Of a DNA stretch of 64,000 bases, positions 1 through 12,000 are shown one piece after another (position 1 is the stretch's first letter; every line of letters begins with the position of its first letter). The DNA comes from Monocercomonoides exilis PA203 (taxonomy: Eukaryota; Protista; Preaxostyla): the NCBI GenBank assembly GCA_001643675.2, contig LSRY02000011.1, positions 1 to 64,000 of the forward strand, in the 5' to 3' direction. The translations under genes were made by a program, and so were the position numbers. The notes beneath the pieces were generated by a model, which was not told the DNA's origin, made no database searches, and worked only from the letters and a program-made list of their open reading frames with translations.

Positions 1-3000
1 AGCCGAAATATCACAAAAACCTACACTCAAAACAATAACAGAGTGTGTGTGAATGGGGAGAGAGTGATCGAGGGCGCCGGGCGCTCCCCACCCTCTCCGA
101 GCCGGAAGGAACGAAGCGCGCGCTGCCCTAGGCCTTTCTCAGTCATTTTCCTGTTTAACCGAATTTTTCATAATATTTTTGCGGGAGGAAGTGGTGAAGT
201 GGTGTGGCCTGCTGTGCAGGGCCACAGGAGCCAGGGGGCTGGCTAGTACAAATTTTGTAATTTTTATCGAAAAAGAAGTTTTGAGTAATACTGTGTTGAG
301 GATATTTCGGGTGAGAGGGCCCTTCAGAGGGAAAAGACCTCTCTCAGCCGAAATATCACAAAAACCTACACTCAAAACAATAACAGAGTGTGTGTGAATG
401 GGGAGCGGATCGGAGGCGTTGCAAGGCGCTTCCCCACCCTCTCCGGGAGCCGGAAGGAACGGAAGCCGCGCGCCGCTCCCAGGCCTTTCTCAGCTTCATT
501 TTCCTGTTTAACCGAATTTTTCTATGGGCTATTTTTGCGGGCGGAGGGCGCGGTGAGCGGTGTGGCCCGCTGTGCAGGGCCAGCAGGAGCCAGGGGGCTA
601 TTAGTACAAATTTGTAATTTTATCGAAAAAGAAGTTTTGAGAATAATTGAGTTGAGGACATTTCGCGAGAGGGCCCCTTTCAGAGGGAAAAAGACCTTCT
701 CAGAAATATCACAAAACCTACACTCAAAACAATAACAGAGTGTGCAATGGGGAGAGAGTGATCGGAGGGCGCGGTGGGCTATGCCCCCACCCTCTCCGAG
801 CTGGAGTGAACTGTAGCCGCGCCGCCCCAGGCCTTTCTCAGTCATTTTCCCTGTTTAACCGAATTTTTCATAATATTTTTTGCGGGCGGAGTGGACGCAG
901 GAGGTGTGGCCCGCTGTGCAGGGCCACAGGAGCCAGGGGGGCTATTAGTACAAATTTTGTAATTTTTATTTGTGAAAAAGAAGTTGAGAATAATTGGAGG
1001 TTGAGGATATTTCGGGTGAGAGGTCTCTTTCAGAGGGAAAAGACCCTCTCAGCCGAAATATCACAAACCTACACTCAAACAACAGAGTGTGTGTGAATGG
1101 GGGAGAGAGTGATCGGAGGGCGTTGCAAGGCGCTTCCCCACCTCTCTCCGAGCTGGAAGGAACGCAGCTGGCGCTGCCCTAGGCCTTTCTCAGTCATTTT
1201 CCTGTTTAACCGAATTTTTCATAATATTTTATGGAAGGAGGGCGTGGTGTGGCTCGCTGTGCAGGCCACAGGAGCCAGCTTTTGGCTAGTACAAATTTTG
1301 TAATTTTTATCGAGCAGTTTTGAGAATAATTGGTGTTGAGTGGATATTTCGGGGTGAGAGGGCCCTTTCCAGAGGGAAAAGACCTTCTCAGCCGAAATAT
1401 CACAAAAAACCTACACCTCAAAAACAACAATGAGTGTGTGTGAATGGGGAGAGAGTGATCGGAGGGCGCTGGGCATGCCTCCCCACCCCCTCCGCCGAGC
1501 TGGAAGGAACGCGCTGCGCGCTGCCCTAGGCCCTTCTCAGTCATTTTCCCTGTTTAACCGAATTTTTCATACTGAGTTTTATGGGCGGGGAGGGCGTAGG
1601 AGTGGTGTGGCCTGCTGTGCAGGCCACAGGAGCCAGGGGGCTATTAGTACAAATTTTGTAATTTTTATCGAAAAAGAAGTTTTCTTTTGAGAATAATTGG
1701 TGTTGAGTGATATTTTCGGGTGAGAGGGCCCTTTTCAGAGGGAAAGACCTTCTCAGCCGAAATAATACAAAAACCTACACCTCAAAAAACAATAACAGAG
1801 GTGTGTGAATGGGGAGAGAGTGATCGAGGGCGTTGCAAGGCGCCTCCCCACCCTCTCCGAGCCGGAAGGAACGAAGCCGCGCTGCCCTCAGGCCTTTCAG
1901 TCATTTTCCTCGTTTAAACTGAATTTTCATAATATTTTTTTGCGGGGCGGGGAGGGCGCGGTGAGTGGTGTGGCCTGCCGTGTGTAGCCACAGGAGCCAG
2001 GGGGGCTATTAGTACAAATTTTGTACTTTTATCGAAAAGAAGTTTCTTGAGAATAATTGGTGTTGGAGTGATATTTCTGGGTGAGAGGCCCTTTCAGAGG
2101 AAAAGACCTTCAGCCGAAATATCACAAAAACCCACACCCCAAACAAATAACAGAGTGTGTGTGAATGGGGGAGAGAGTGATCGAGTATGCCGTGCTTCCC
2201 CACCCCTCCGAGCCGGAAGGAACGCGCTGCGCGCGCTGCCCCAGGCCTCTCTCAGTCATTTTCCTAACCGAATTTTCATAATATTTTTTTGCGGGGCGGG
2301 GAGGGCGCGGTGAGTGGTGTGGCCTGCCGTGCAGGCCACAGGAGCCAGGGCTATTAGTACAAAATTCTTGTAATTTTTATCGAAAAGAAGTTTTGAGAAT
2401 AATTGTGTTGAGTGATATTTCGGGTGAGAGGGCCCCTTCAGAGGGAAAAAGACCTCTCAGCCGAAATATCACAAAAACCCACACCTCAAAAACAACAACA
2501 GAGTGTGTGTGAATGGGGAGAGAGTGATCGGAGGGTGCTGCAAGGCGCTCCCCACCCTCTCCGAGCTTGGAAGGAAATCGCTGCGCGCTGCCCTAGGCCT
2601 TCTCAGTCATTTTCCCTGTTTAACCGAATTTTTCATAATATTTTTTTATGGGCGGGGAGGGCGCGTGAGGGTGTGGCCTGCTGTGCAGGCCACAGGAGCC
2701 AGGGGGGCTATTAGTACAAATTTTGTAATTTTTATCGAAAAAGAAGTTTTGAGAATAATTGGTGTTGAGTGATATTTCGGGTGAGAGGGCCCTTTCAGAG
2801 GAAAAGACCTTCTCAGCCGAAATATCACAAAAACCTACACTCAAAACAATAACAGAGTGTGTGAATGGGGGAGAGAGTGATCGGAGGGCGTTGCAAGGCG
2901 CTCCCCACCCTCTCCGAGCCGGAAGGAACGCCGCGCGCTGCCCTAGGCCTTTCTCAGTCATTTTCCCTGTTTAACCGAATTTTTCATAATATTTTTTTTT

Positions 3001-6000
3001 GCAGGGGCGGGGAGGGCGCGGTGAGTAGTGGCCTGCTGTGCAGGCCACAGGAGCCAGGGGGCTATTAGTACAAATTTTGTAATTTTATCGAAAAAGAAGT
3101 TTTGAGAATAATTGGTGTTGAGTGATATTTCGGGTGAGAGGGCCCTTTCAGAGGGAAAAGACCTTCTCAGCCGAAATATCACAAAACCTACACTCAAAAC
3201 AATAACAGAGTGTGTGAATGGGGGAGAGAGTGATCGGAGGGCGTTGCAAGGCGCTCCCCACCCTCTCCGAGCCGGAAGGAACGCCGCGCGCTAGGCCCAG
3301 TCATTTTCCCTGTTTAACCGAATTTTTCATAATATTTTTTGCGGGGCGGGGAGGGCGCGGTGAGTGGTGTGGCCTGCTGTGCAGGCCACAGGAGCCAGGG
3401 GGCTATTAGTACAAATTTTGTAATTTTTATCGAAAAAGAAGTTTTGAGAATAATTGTGTTGAGTGATATTTCGGGTGAGAGGGCCCTTTCAGAGGGAAAA
3501 GACCTTCTCAGCCGAAATATCACAAAACCTACACTCAAAACAATAACAGAGTGTGTGTGAATGGGGGAGAGAGTGATCGGAGGGCGTTGCAAGGCGCTCC
3601 CCACCCTCTCCGAGCCGGAAGGAACGCTGCGCGCTGCCCTAGGCCTTTCTCAGTCATTTTCCCTGTTTAACCGAATTTTTCATAATATTTTTTTTGCGGG
3701 GCGGGGGAGGGCGCGGTGAGTGGTGTGGCCTGCTGTGCAGGCCACAGGAGCCAGGGGGCTATTAGTACAAATTTTGTAATTTTTATCGAAAAAGAAGTTT
3801 TGAGAATAATTGTGTTGAGTGATATTTCGGGTGAGAGGGCCCTTTCAGAGGGAAAAGACCTTCTCAGCCGAAATATCACAAAAACCTACACCTCAAAACA
3901 ATAACAGAGTGTGTGTGAATGGGGAGAGAGTGATCGGAGGGCGTTGCAAGGCGCTCCCCACCCTCTCCGAGCCGGAAGGAACGCTGCGCGCCGCCCTAGC
4001 CTTTCTCAGTCATTTTCCCTGTTTAACCGAATTTTTCATAATATTTTTTTGCGGGGCGGGGAGGGCGCGGTGAGTGGTGTGGCCTGCTGTGCAGGCCACA
4101 GGAGCCAGGGGGCTATTAGTACAAATTTTGTAATTTTTATCGAAAAAGAAGTTTTGAGAATAATTGGTGTTGAGTGATATTTCGGGTGAGAGGGCCCTTT
4201 CAGAGGGAAAAGACCTTCTCAGCCGAAATATCACAAAACCTACACTCAAAACAATAACAGAGTGTGTGTGAATGGGGGAGAGAGTGATCGGAGGGCGTTG
4301 CAAGGCGCTCCCCACCCTCTCCGAGCCGGAAGGAACGCGCTGCGCGCTGCCCTAGGCCTTTCTCAGTCATTTTCCTGTTTAACCGAATTTTTCATAATAT
4401 TTTTTTGCGGGGCGGGGAGGGCGCGGTGAGTGGTGTGGCCTGCTGTGCAGGCCACAGGAGCCAGGGGGCTATTAGCACAAATTTTGTAATTTTTATCGAA
4501 AAAGAAGTTTTGAGAATAATTGGTTATTTCGGGTGAGGGCCCTTTCAGAGGGAAAAGACCTTCTCAGCCGAAATATCACAAAAACCTACACCTCAAAACA
4601 ATAACAGAGTGTGTGTGAATGGGGAGAGAGTGATCGGAGGGCGTTGCAAGGCGCTCCCCACCCTCTCCGAGCCGGAAGGAACGCGCTGCGCGCTGCCCTA
4701 GGCCTTTCTCAGTCATTTTCCCTGTTTAACCGAATTTTTCATAATATTTTTTTTGCGGGGCGGGGAGGGCGCGGTGAGTGGTGTGGCCTGCTGTGCAGGC
4801 CACAGGAGCCAGGGGGCTATTAGTACAAATTTTGTAATTTTTATCGAAAAAGAAGTTTTGAGAATAATTGGTGTTGAGTGATATTTCGGGTGAGAGGGCC
4901 CTTTCAGAGGGAAAAGACCTTCTCAGCCGAAATATCACAAAACCTACACTCAAAACAATAACAGAGTGTGTGTGAATGGGGGAGAGAGTGATCGGAGGGC
5001 GCGTTGCAAGGCGCTCCCCACCCTCTCCGAGCCGGAAGGAACGCGCTGCGCGCTGCCCTAGGCCTTTCTCAGTCATTTTCCCTGTTTAACCGAATTTTTC
5101 ATAATATTTTTTTGCGGGGCGGGGAGGGCGCGGTGAGTGGTGTGGCCTGCTGTGCAGGCCACAGGAGCCAGGGGGCTATTAGTACAAATTTTGTAATTTT
5201 TATCGAAAAAGAAGTTTTGAGAATAATTGGTGTTGAGTGATATTTCGGGTGAGAGGGCCCTTTCAGAGGGAAAAGACCTTCTCAGCCGAAATATCACAAA
5301 ACCTACACTCAAAACAATAACAGAGTGTGTGTGAATGGGGGAGAGAGTGATCGGAGGGCGTTGCAAGGCGCTCCCCACCCTCTCCGAGCCGGAAGGAACG
5401 CGCTGCGCGCTGCCCTAGGCCTTTCTCAGTCATTTTCCCTGTTTAACCGAATTTTTCATAATATTTTTTTTGCGGGCGGGGAGGGCGCGGTGAGTGGTGT
5501 GGCCTGCTGTGCAGGCCACAGGAGCCAGGGGGCTATTAGTACAAATTTTGTAATTTTTATCGAAAAAGAAGTTTTGAGAATAATTGGTGTTGAGTGATAT
5601 TTCGGGTGAGAGGGCCCTTTCAGAGGGAAAAGACCTTCTCAGCCGAAATATCACAAAAACCTACACTCAAAACAATAACAGAGTGTGTGTGAATGGGGGA
5701 GAGAGTGATCGGAGGGCGTTGCAAGGCGCTCCCCACCCTCTCCGAGCCGGAAGGAACGCGCTGCGCGCTGCCCTAGGCCTTTCTCAGTCATTTTCCCTGT
5801 TTAACCGAATTTTTCATAATATTTTTTTTGCGGGGCGGGGAGGGCGCGGTGAGTGGTGTGGCCTGCTGTGCAGGCCACAGGAGCCAGGGGGCTATTAGTA
5901 CAAATTTTGTAATTTTTATCGAAAAAGAAGTTTTGAGAATAATTGGTGTTGAGTGATATTTCGGGTGAGAGGGCCCTTTCAGAGGGAAAAGACCTTCTCA

Positions 6001-9000
6001 GCCGAAATATCACAAAACCTACACTCAAAACAATAACAGAGTGTGTGTGAATGGGGAGAGAGTGATCGGAGGGCGTTGCAAGGCGCTCCCCACCCTCTCC
6101 GAGCCGGAAGGAACGCGCTGCGCGCTGCCCTAGGCCTTTCTCAGTCATTTTCCCTGTTTAACCGAATTTTTCATAATATTTTTTTGCGGGGCGGGGAGGG
6201 CGCGGTGAGTGGTGTGGCCTGCTGTGCAGGCCACAGGAGCCAGGGGGCTATTAGTACAAATTTTGTAATTTTTATCGAAAAAGAAGTTTTGAGAATAATT
6301 GGTGTTGAGTGATATTTCGGGTGAGAGGGCCCTTTCAGAGGGAAAAGACCTTCTCAGCCGAAATATCACAAAAACCTACACCTCAAAACAATAACAGAGT
6401 GTGTGTGAATGGGGGAGAGAGTGATCGGAGGGCGTTGCAAGGCGCTCCCCACCCTCTCCGAGCCGGAAGGAACGCGCTGCGCGCTGCCCTAGGCCTTTCT
6501 CAGTCATTTTCCCTGTTTAACCGAATTTTCATAATATTTTTTTGCGGGGCGGGGAGGGCGCGGTGAGTGGTGTGGCCTGCTGTGCAGGCCACAGGAGCCA
6601 GGGGGCTATTAGTACAAATTTTGTAATTTTTATCGAAAAAGAAGTTTTGAGAATAATTGGTGTTGAGTGATATTTCGGGTGAGAGGGCCCTTTCAGAGGG
6701 AAAAGACCTTCTCAGCCGAAATATCACAAAAACCTACACTCAAAACAATAACAGAGTGTGTGTGAATGGGGAGAGAGTGATCGGAGGGCGTTGCAAGGCG
6801 CTCCCCACCCTCTCCGAGCCGGAAGGAACGCGCTGCGCGCTGCCCTAGGCCTTTCTCAGTCATTTTCCCTGTTTAACCGAATTTTTCATAATATTTTTTT
6901 TGCGGGGCGGGGAGGGCGCGGTGAGGTGGTGTGGCCTGCTGTGCAGGCCACAGGAGCCAGGGGGCTATTAGTACAAATTTTGTAATTTTTATCGAAAAGA
7001 AGTTTTGAGAATAATTGGTGTTGAGTGATATTTCGGGTGAGAGGGCCCTTTCAGAGGGAAAAGACCTTCTCAGCCGAAATATCACAAAAACCTACACCTC
7101 AAAAACAATAACAGAGTGTGTGTGAATGGGGGAGAGAGTGATCGGAGGGCGTTGCAAGGCGCTCCCCACCCTCTCCGAGCCGGAAGGAACGCGCTGCGCG
7201 CTGCCCTAGGCCTTTCTCAGTCATTTTCCCTGTTTAACCGAATTTTTCATAATATTTTTTTGCGGGGCGGGGAGGGCGCGGTGAGTGGTGTGGCCTGCTG
7301 TGCAGGCCACAGGAGCCAGGGGGCTATTAGTACAAATTTTGTAATTTTTATCGAAAAAGAAGTTTTGAGAATAATTGGTGTTGAGTGATATTTCGGGTGA
7401 GAGGGCCCTTTCAGAGGGAAAAGACCTTCTCAGCCGAAATATCACAAAAACCTACACCTCAAAACAATAACAGAGTGTGTGTGAATGGGGGAGAGAGTGA
7501 TCGGAGGGCGTTGCAAGGCGCTCCCCACCCTCTCCGAGCCGGAAGGAACGCTGCGCGCTGCCCTAGGCCTTTCTCAGTCATTTTCCTGTTTAACCGAATT
7601 TTTCATAATATTTTTTTGCGGGGCGGGGAGGGCGCGGTGAGTGGTGTGGCCTGCTGTGCAGGCCACAGGAGCCAGGGGGCTATTAGTACAAATTTTGTAA
7701 TTTTTATCGAAAAGAAGTTTTGAGAATAATTGGTGTTGAGTGATATTTCGGGTGAGAGGGCCCTTTCAGAGGGAAAAGACCTTCTCAGCCGAAATATCAC
7801 AAAAACCTACACCTCAAAACAATAACAGAGTGTGTGTGAATGGGGGAGAGAGTGATCGGAGGGCGTTGCAAGGCGCTCCCCACCCTCTCCGAGCCGGAAG
7901 GAACGCGCTGCGCGCTGCCCTAGGCCTTTCTCAGTCATTTTCCTGTTTAACCGAATTTTTCATAATATTTTTTTGCGGGGCGGGGAGGGCGCGGTGAGTG
8001 GTGTGGCCTGCTGTGCAGGCCACAGGAGCCAGGGGCTATTAGTACAAATTTTGTAATTTTTATCGAAAAAGAAGTTTTGAGAATAATTGGTGTTGAGTGA
8101 TATTTCGGGTGAGAGGGCCCTTTCAGAGGGAAAAGACCTTCTCAGCCGAAATATCACAAAACCTACACTCAAAACAATAACAGAGTGTGTGTGAATGGGG
8201 AGAGAGTGATCGGAGGGCGTTGCAAGGCGCTCCCCACCCTCTCCGAGCCGGAAGGAACGCTGCGCGCTGCCCTAGGCCTTTCTCAGTCATTTTCCCTGTT
8301 TAACCGAATTTTTCATAATATTTTTTTGCGGGGCGGGGAGGGCGCGGTGAGTGGTGTGGCCTGCTGTGCAGGCCACAGGAGCCAGGGGGCTATTAGTACA
8401 AATTTTGTAATTTTTATCGAAAAAGAAGTTTTGAGAATAATTGTGTTGAGTGATATTTCGGGTGAGAGGGCCCTTTCAGAGGGAAAAGACCTTCTCAGCC
8501 GAAATATCACAAAAACCTACACTCAAAAACAATAACAGAGTGTGTGTGAATGGGGGAGAGAGTGATCGGAGGGCGTTGCAAGGCGCTCCCCACCCTCTCC
8601 GAGCCGGAAGGAACGCGCTGCGCGCTGCCCTAGGCCTTTCTCAGTCATTTTCCCTGTTTAACCGAATTTTTCATAATATTTTTTTTTGCGGGGCGGGGAG
8701 GGCGCGGTGAGTGGTGTGGCCTGCTGTGCAGGCCACAGGAGCCAGGGGGCTATTAGTACAAATTTTGTAATTTTTATCGAAAAAGAAGTTTTGAGAATAA
8801 TTGGTGTTGAGTGATATTTCGGGTGAGAGGGCCCTTTCAGAGGGAAAAGACCTTCTCAGCCGAAATATCACAAAAACCTACACTCAAAACAATAACAGAG
8901 TGTGTGTGAATGGGGGAGAGAGTGATCGGAGGGCGTTGCAAGGCGCTCCCCACCCTCTCCGAGCCGGAAGGAACGCTGCGCGCTGCCCTAGGCCTTTCTC

Positions 9001-12000
9001 AGTCATTTTCCCTGTTTAACCGAATTTTTCATAATATTTTTTTTGCGGGGCGGGGAGGGCGCGGTGAGTGGTGTGGCCTGCTGTGCAGGCCACAGGAGCC
9101 AGGGGGCTATTAGTACAAATTTTGTAATTTTTATCGAAAAAGAAGTTTTGAGAATAATTGGTGTTGAGTGATATTTCGGGTGAGAGGGCCCTTTCAGAGG
9201 GAAAAGACCTTCTCAGCCGAAATATCACAAAAACCTACACCTCAAAACAATAACAGAGTGTGTGTGAATGGGGAGAGAGTGATCGGAGGGCGTTGCAAGG
9301 CGCTCCCCACCCTCTCCGAGCCGGAAGGAACGCGCTGCGCGCTGCCCTAGGCCTTTCTCAGTCATTTTCCCTGTTTAACCGAATTTTTCATAATATTTTT
9401 TTTTGCGGGGCGGGGAGGGCGCGGTGAGTGGTGTGGCCTGCTGTGCAGGCCACAGGAGCCAGGGGGCTATTAGTACAAATTTTGTAATTTTTATCGAAAA
9501 AGAAGTTTTGAGAATAATTGGTGTTGAGTGATATTTCGGGTGAGAGGGCCCTTTCAGAGGGAAAAGACCTTCTCAGCCGAAATATCACAAAAACCTACAC
9601 TCAAAACAATAACAGAGTGTGTGTGAATGGGGGAGAGAGTGATCGGAGGGCGTTGCAAGGCGCTCCCCACCCTCTCCGAGCCGGAAGGAACGCGCTGCGC
9701 GCTGCCCTAGGCCTTTCTCAGTCATTTTCCCTGTTTAACCGAATTTTTCATAATATTTTTTTTGCGGGGCGGGGAGGGCGCGGTGAGTGGTGTGGCCTGC
9801 TGTGCAGGCCACAGGAGCCAGGGGGCTATTAGTACAAATTTTGTAATTTTTATCGAAAAAGAAGTTTTGAGAATAATTGGTGTTGAGTGATATTTCGGGT
9901 GAGAGGGCCCTTTCAGAGGGAAAAGACCTTCTCAGCCGAAATATCACAAAACCTACACTCAAAACAATAACAGAGTGTGTGTGAATGGGGAGAGAGTGAT
10001 CGGAGGGCGTTGCAAGGCGCTCCCCACCCTCTCCGAGCCGGAAGGAACGCGCTGCGCGCTGCCCTAGGCCTTTCTCAGTCATTTTCCCTGTTTAACCGAA
10101 TTTTTCATAATATTTTTTTTGCGGGGCGGGGAGGGCGCGGTGAGTGGTGTGGCCTGCTGTGCAGGCCACAGGAGCCAGGGGGCTATTAGTACAAATTTTG
10201 TAATTTTTATCGAAAAAGAAGTTTTGAGAATAATTGGTGTTGAGTGATATTTCGGGTGAGAGGGCCCTTTCAGAGGGAAAAGACCTTCTCAGCCGAAATA
10301 TCACAAAAACCTACACTCAAAACAATAACAGAGTGTGTGTGAATGGGGGAGAGAGTGATCGGAGGGCGTTGCAAGGCGCTCCCCACCCTCTCCGAGCCGG
10401 AAGGAACGCGCTGCGCGCTGCCCTAGGCCTTTCTCAGTCATTTTCCCTGTTTAACCGAATTTTTCATAATATTTTTTTTGCGGGGCGGGGAGGGCGCGGT
10501 GAGTGGTGTGGCCTGCTGTGCAGGCCACAGGAGCCAGGGGGCTATTAGTACAAATTTTGTAATTTTTATCGAAAAAGAAGTTTTGAGAATAATTGGTGTT
10601 GAGTGATATTTCGGGTGAGAGGGCCCTTTCAGAGGGAAAAGACCTTCTCAGCCGAAATATCACAAAACCTACACTCAAAACAATAACAGAGTGTGTGTGA
10701 ATGGGGAGAGAGTGATCGGAGGGCGTTGCAAGGCGCTCCCCACCCTCTCCGAGCCGGAAGGAACGCGCTGCGCGCTGCCCTAGGCCTTTCTCAGTCATTT
10801 TCCCTGTTTAACCGAATTTTTCATAATATTTTTTTTTGCGGGGCGGGGAGGGCGCGGTGAGTGGTGTGGCCTGCTGTGCAGGCCACAGGAGCCAGGGGGC
10901 TATTAGTACAAATTTTGTAATTTTTATCGAAAAAGAAGTTTTGAGAATAATTGGTGTTGAGTGATATTTCGGGTGAGAGGGCCCTTTCAGAGGGAAAAGA
11001 CCTTCTCAGCCGAAATATCACAAAAACCTACACTCAAAACAATAACAGAGTGTGTGTGAATGGGGAGAGAGTGATCGGAGGGCGTTGCAAGGCGCTCCCC
11101 ACCCTCTCCGAGCCGGAAGGAACGCGCTGCGCGCTGCCCTAGGCCTTTCTCAGTCATTTTCCCTGTTTAACCGAATTTTTCATAATATTTTTTTTGCGGG
11201 GCGGGGAGGGCGCGGTGAGTGGTGTGGCCTGCTGTGCAGGCCACAGGAGCCAGGGGGCTATTAGTACAAATTTTGTAATTTTTATCGAAAAAGAAGTTTT
11301 GAGAATAATTGGTGTTGAGTGATATTTCGGGTGAGAGGGCCCTTTCAGAGGGAAAAGACCTTCTCAGCCGAAATATCACAAAAACCTACACTCAAAACAA
11401 TAACAGAGTGTGTGTGAATGGGGGAGAGAGTGATCGGAGGGCGTTGCAAGGCGCTCCCCACCCTCTCCGAGCCGGAAGGAACGCGCTGCGCGCTGCCCTA
11501 GGCCTTTCTCAGTCATTTTCCCTGTTTAACCGAATTTTTCATAATATTTTTTTGCGGGGCGGGGAGGGCGCGGTGAGTGGTGTGGCCTGCTGTGCAGGCC
11601 ACAGGAGCCAGGGGGCTATTAGTACAAATTTTGTAATTTTTATCGAAAAAGAAGTTTTGAGAATAATTGGTGTTGAGTGATATTTCGGGTGAGAGGGCCC
11701 TTTCAGAGGGAAAAGACCTTCTCAGCCGAAATATCACAAAAACCTACACCTCAAAACAATAACAGAGTGTGTGTGAATGGGGAGAGAGTGATCGGAGGGC
11801 GTTGCAAGGCGCTCCCCACCCTCTCCGAGCCGGAAGGAACGCGCTGCGCGCTGCCCTAGGCCTTTCTCAGTCATTTTCCCTGTTTAACCGAATTTTTCAT
11901 AATATTTTTTTTTGCGGGGCGGGGAGGGCGCGGTGAGTGGTGTGGCCTGCTGTGCAGGCCACAGGAGCCAGGGGGCTATTAGTACAAATTTTGTAATTTT

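Noticed and set aside
5740-5765. Unit as a tandem 5S rRNA, tRNA or SRP RNA gene (CCGGAAGGAA resembles the SRP helix-8 tetraloop)
   Set aside because: The flanking SRP internal-loop bases (CAGG/AGCA) are absent, and I see no 5S or tRNA consensus. An Rfam search would settle it.
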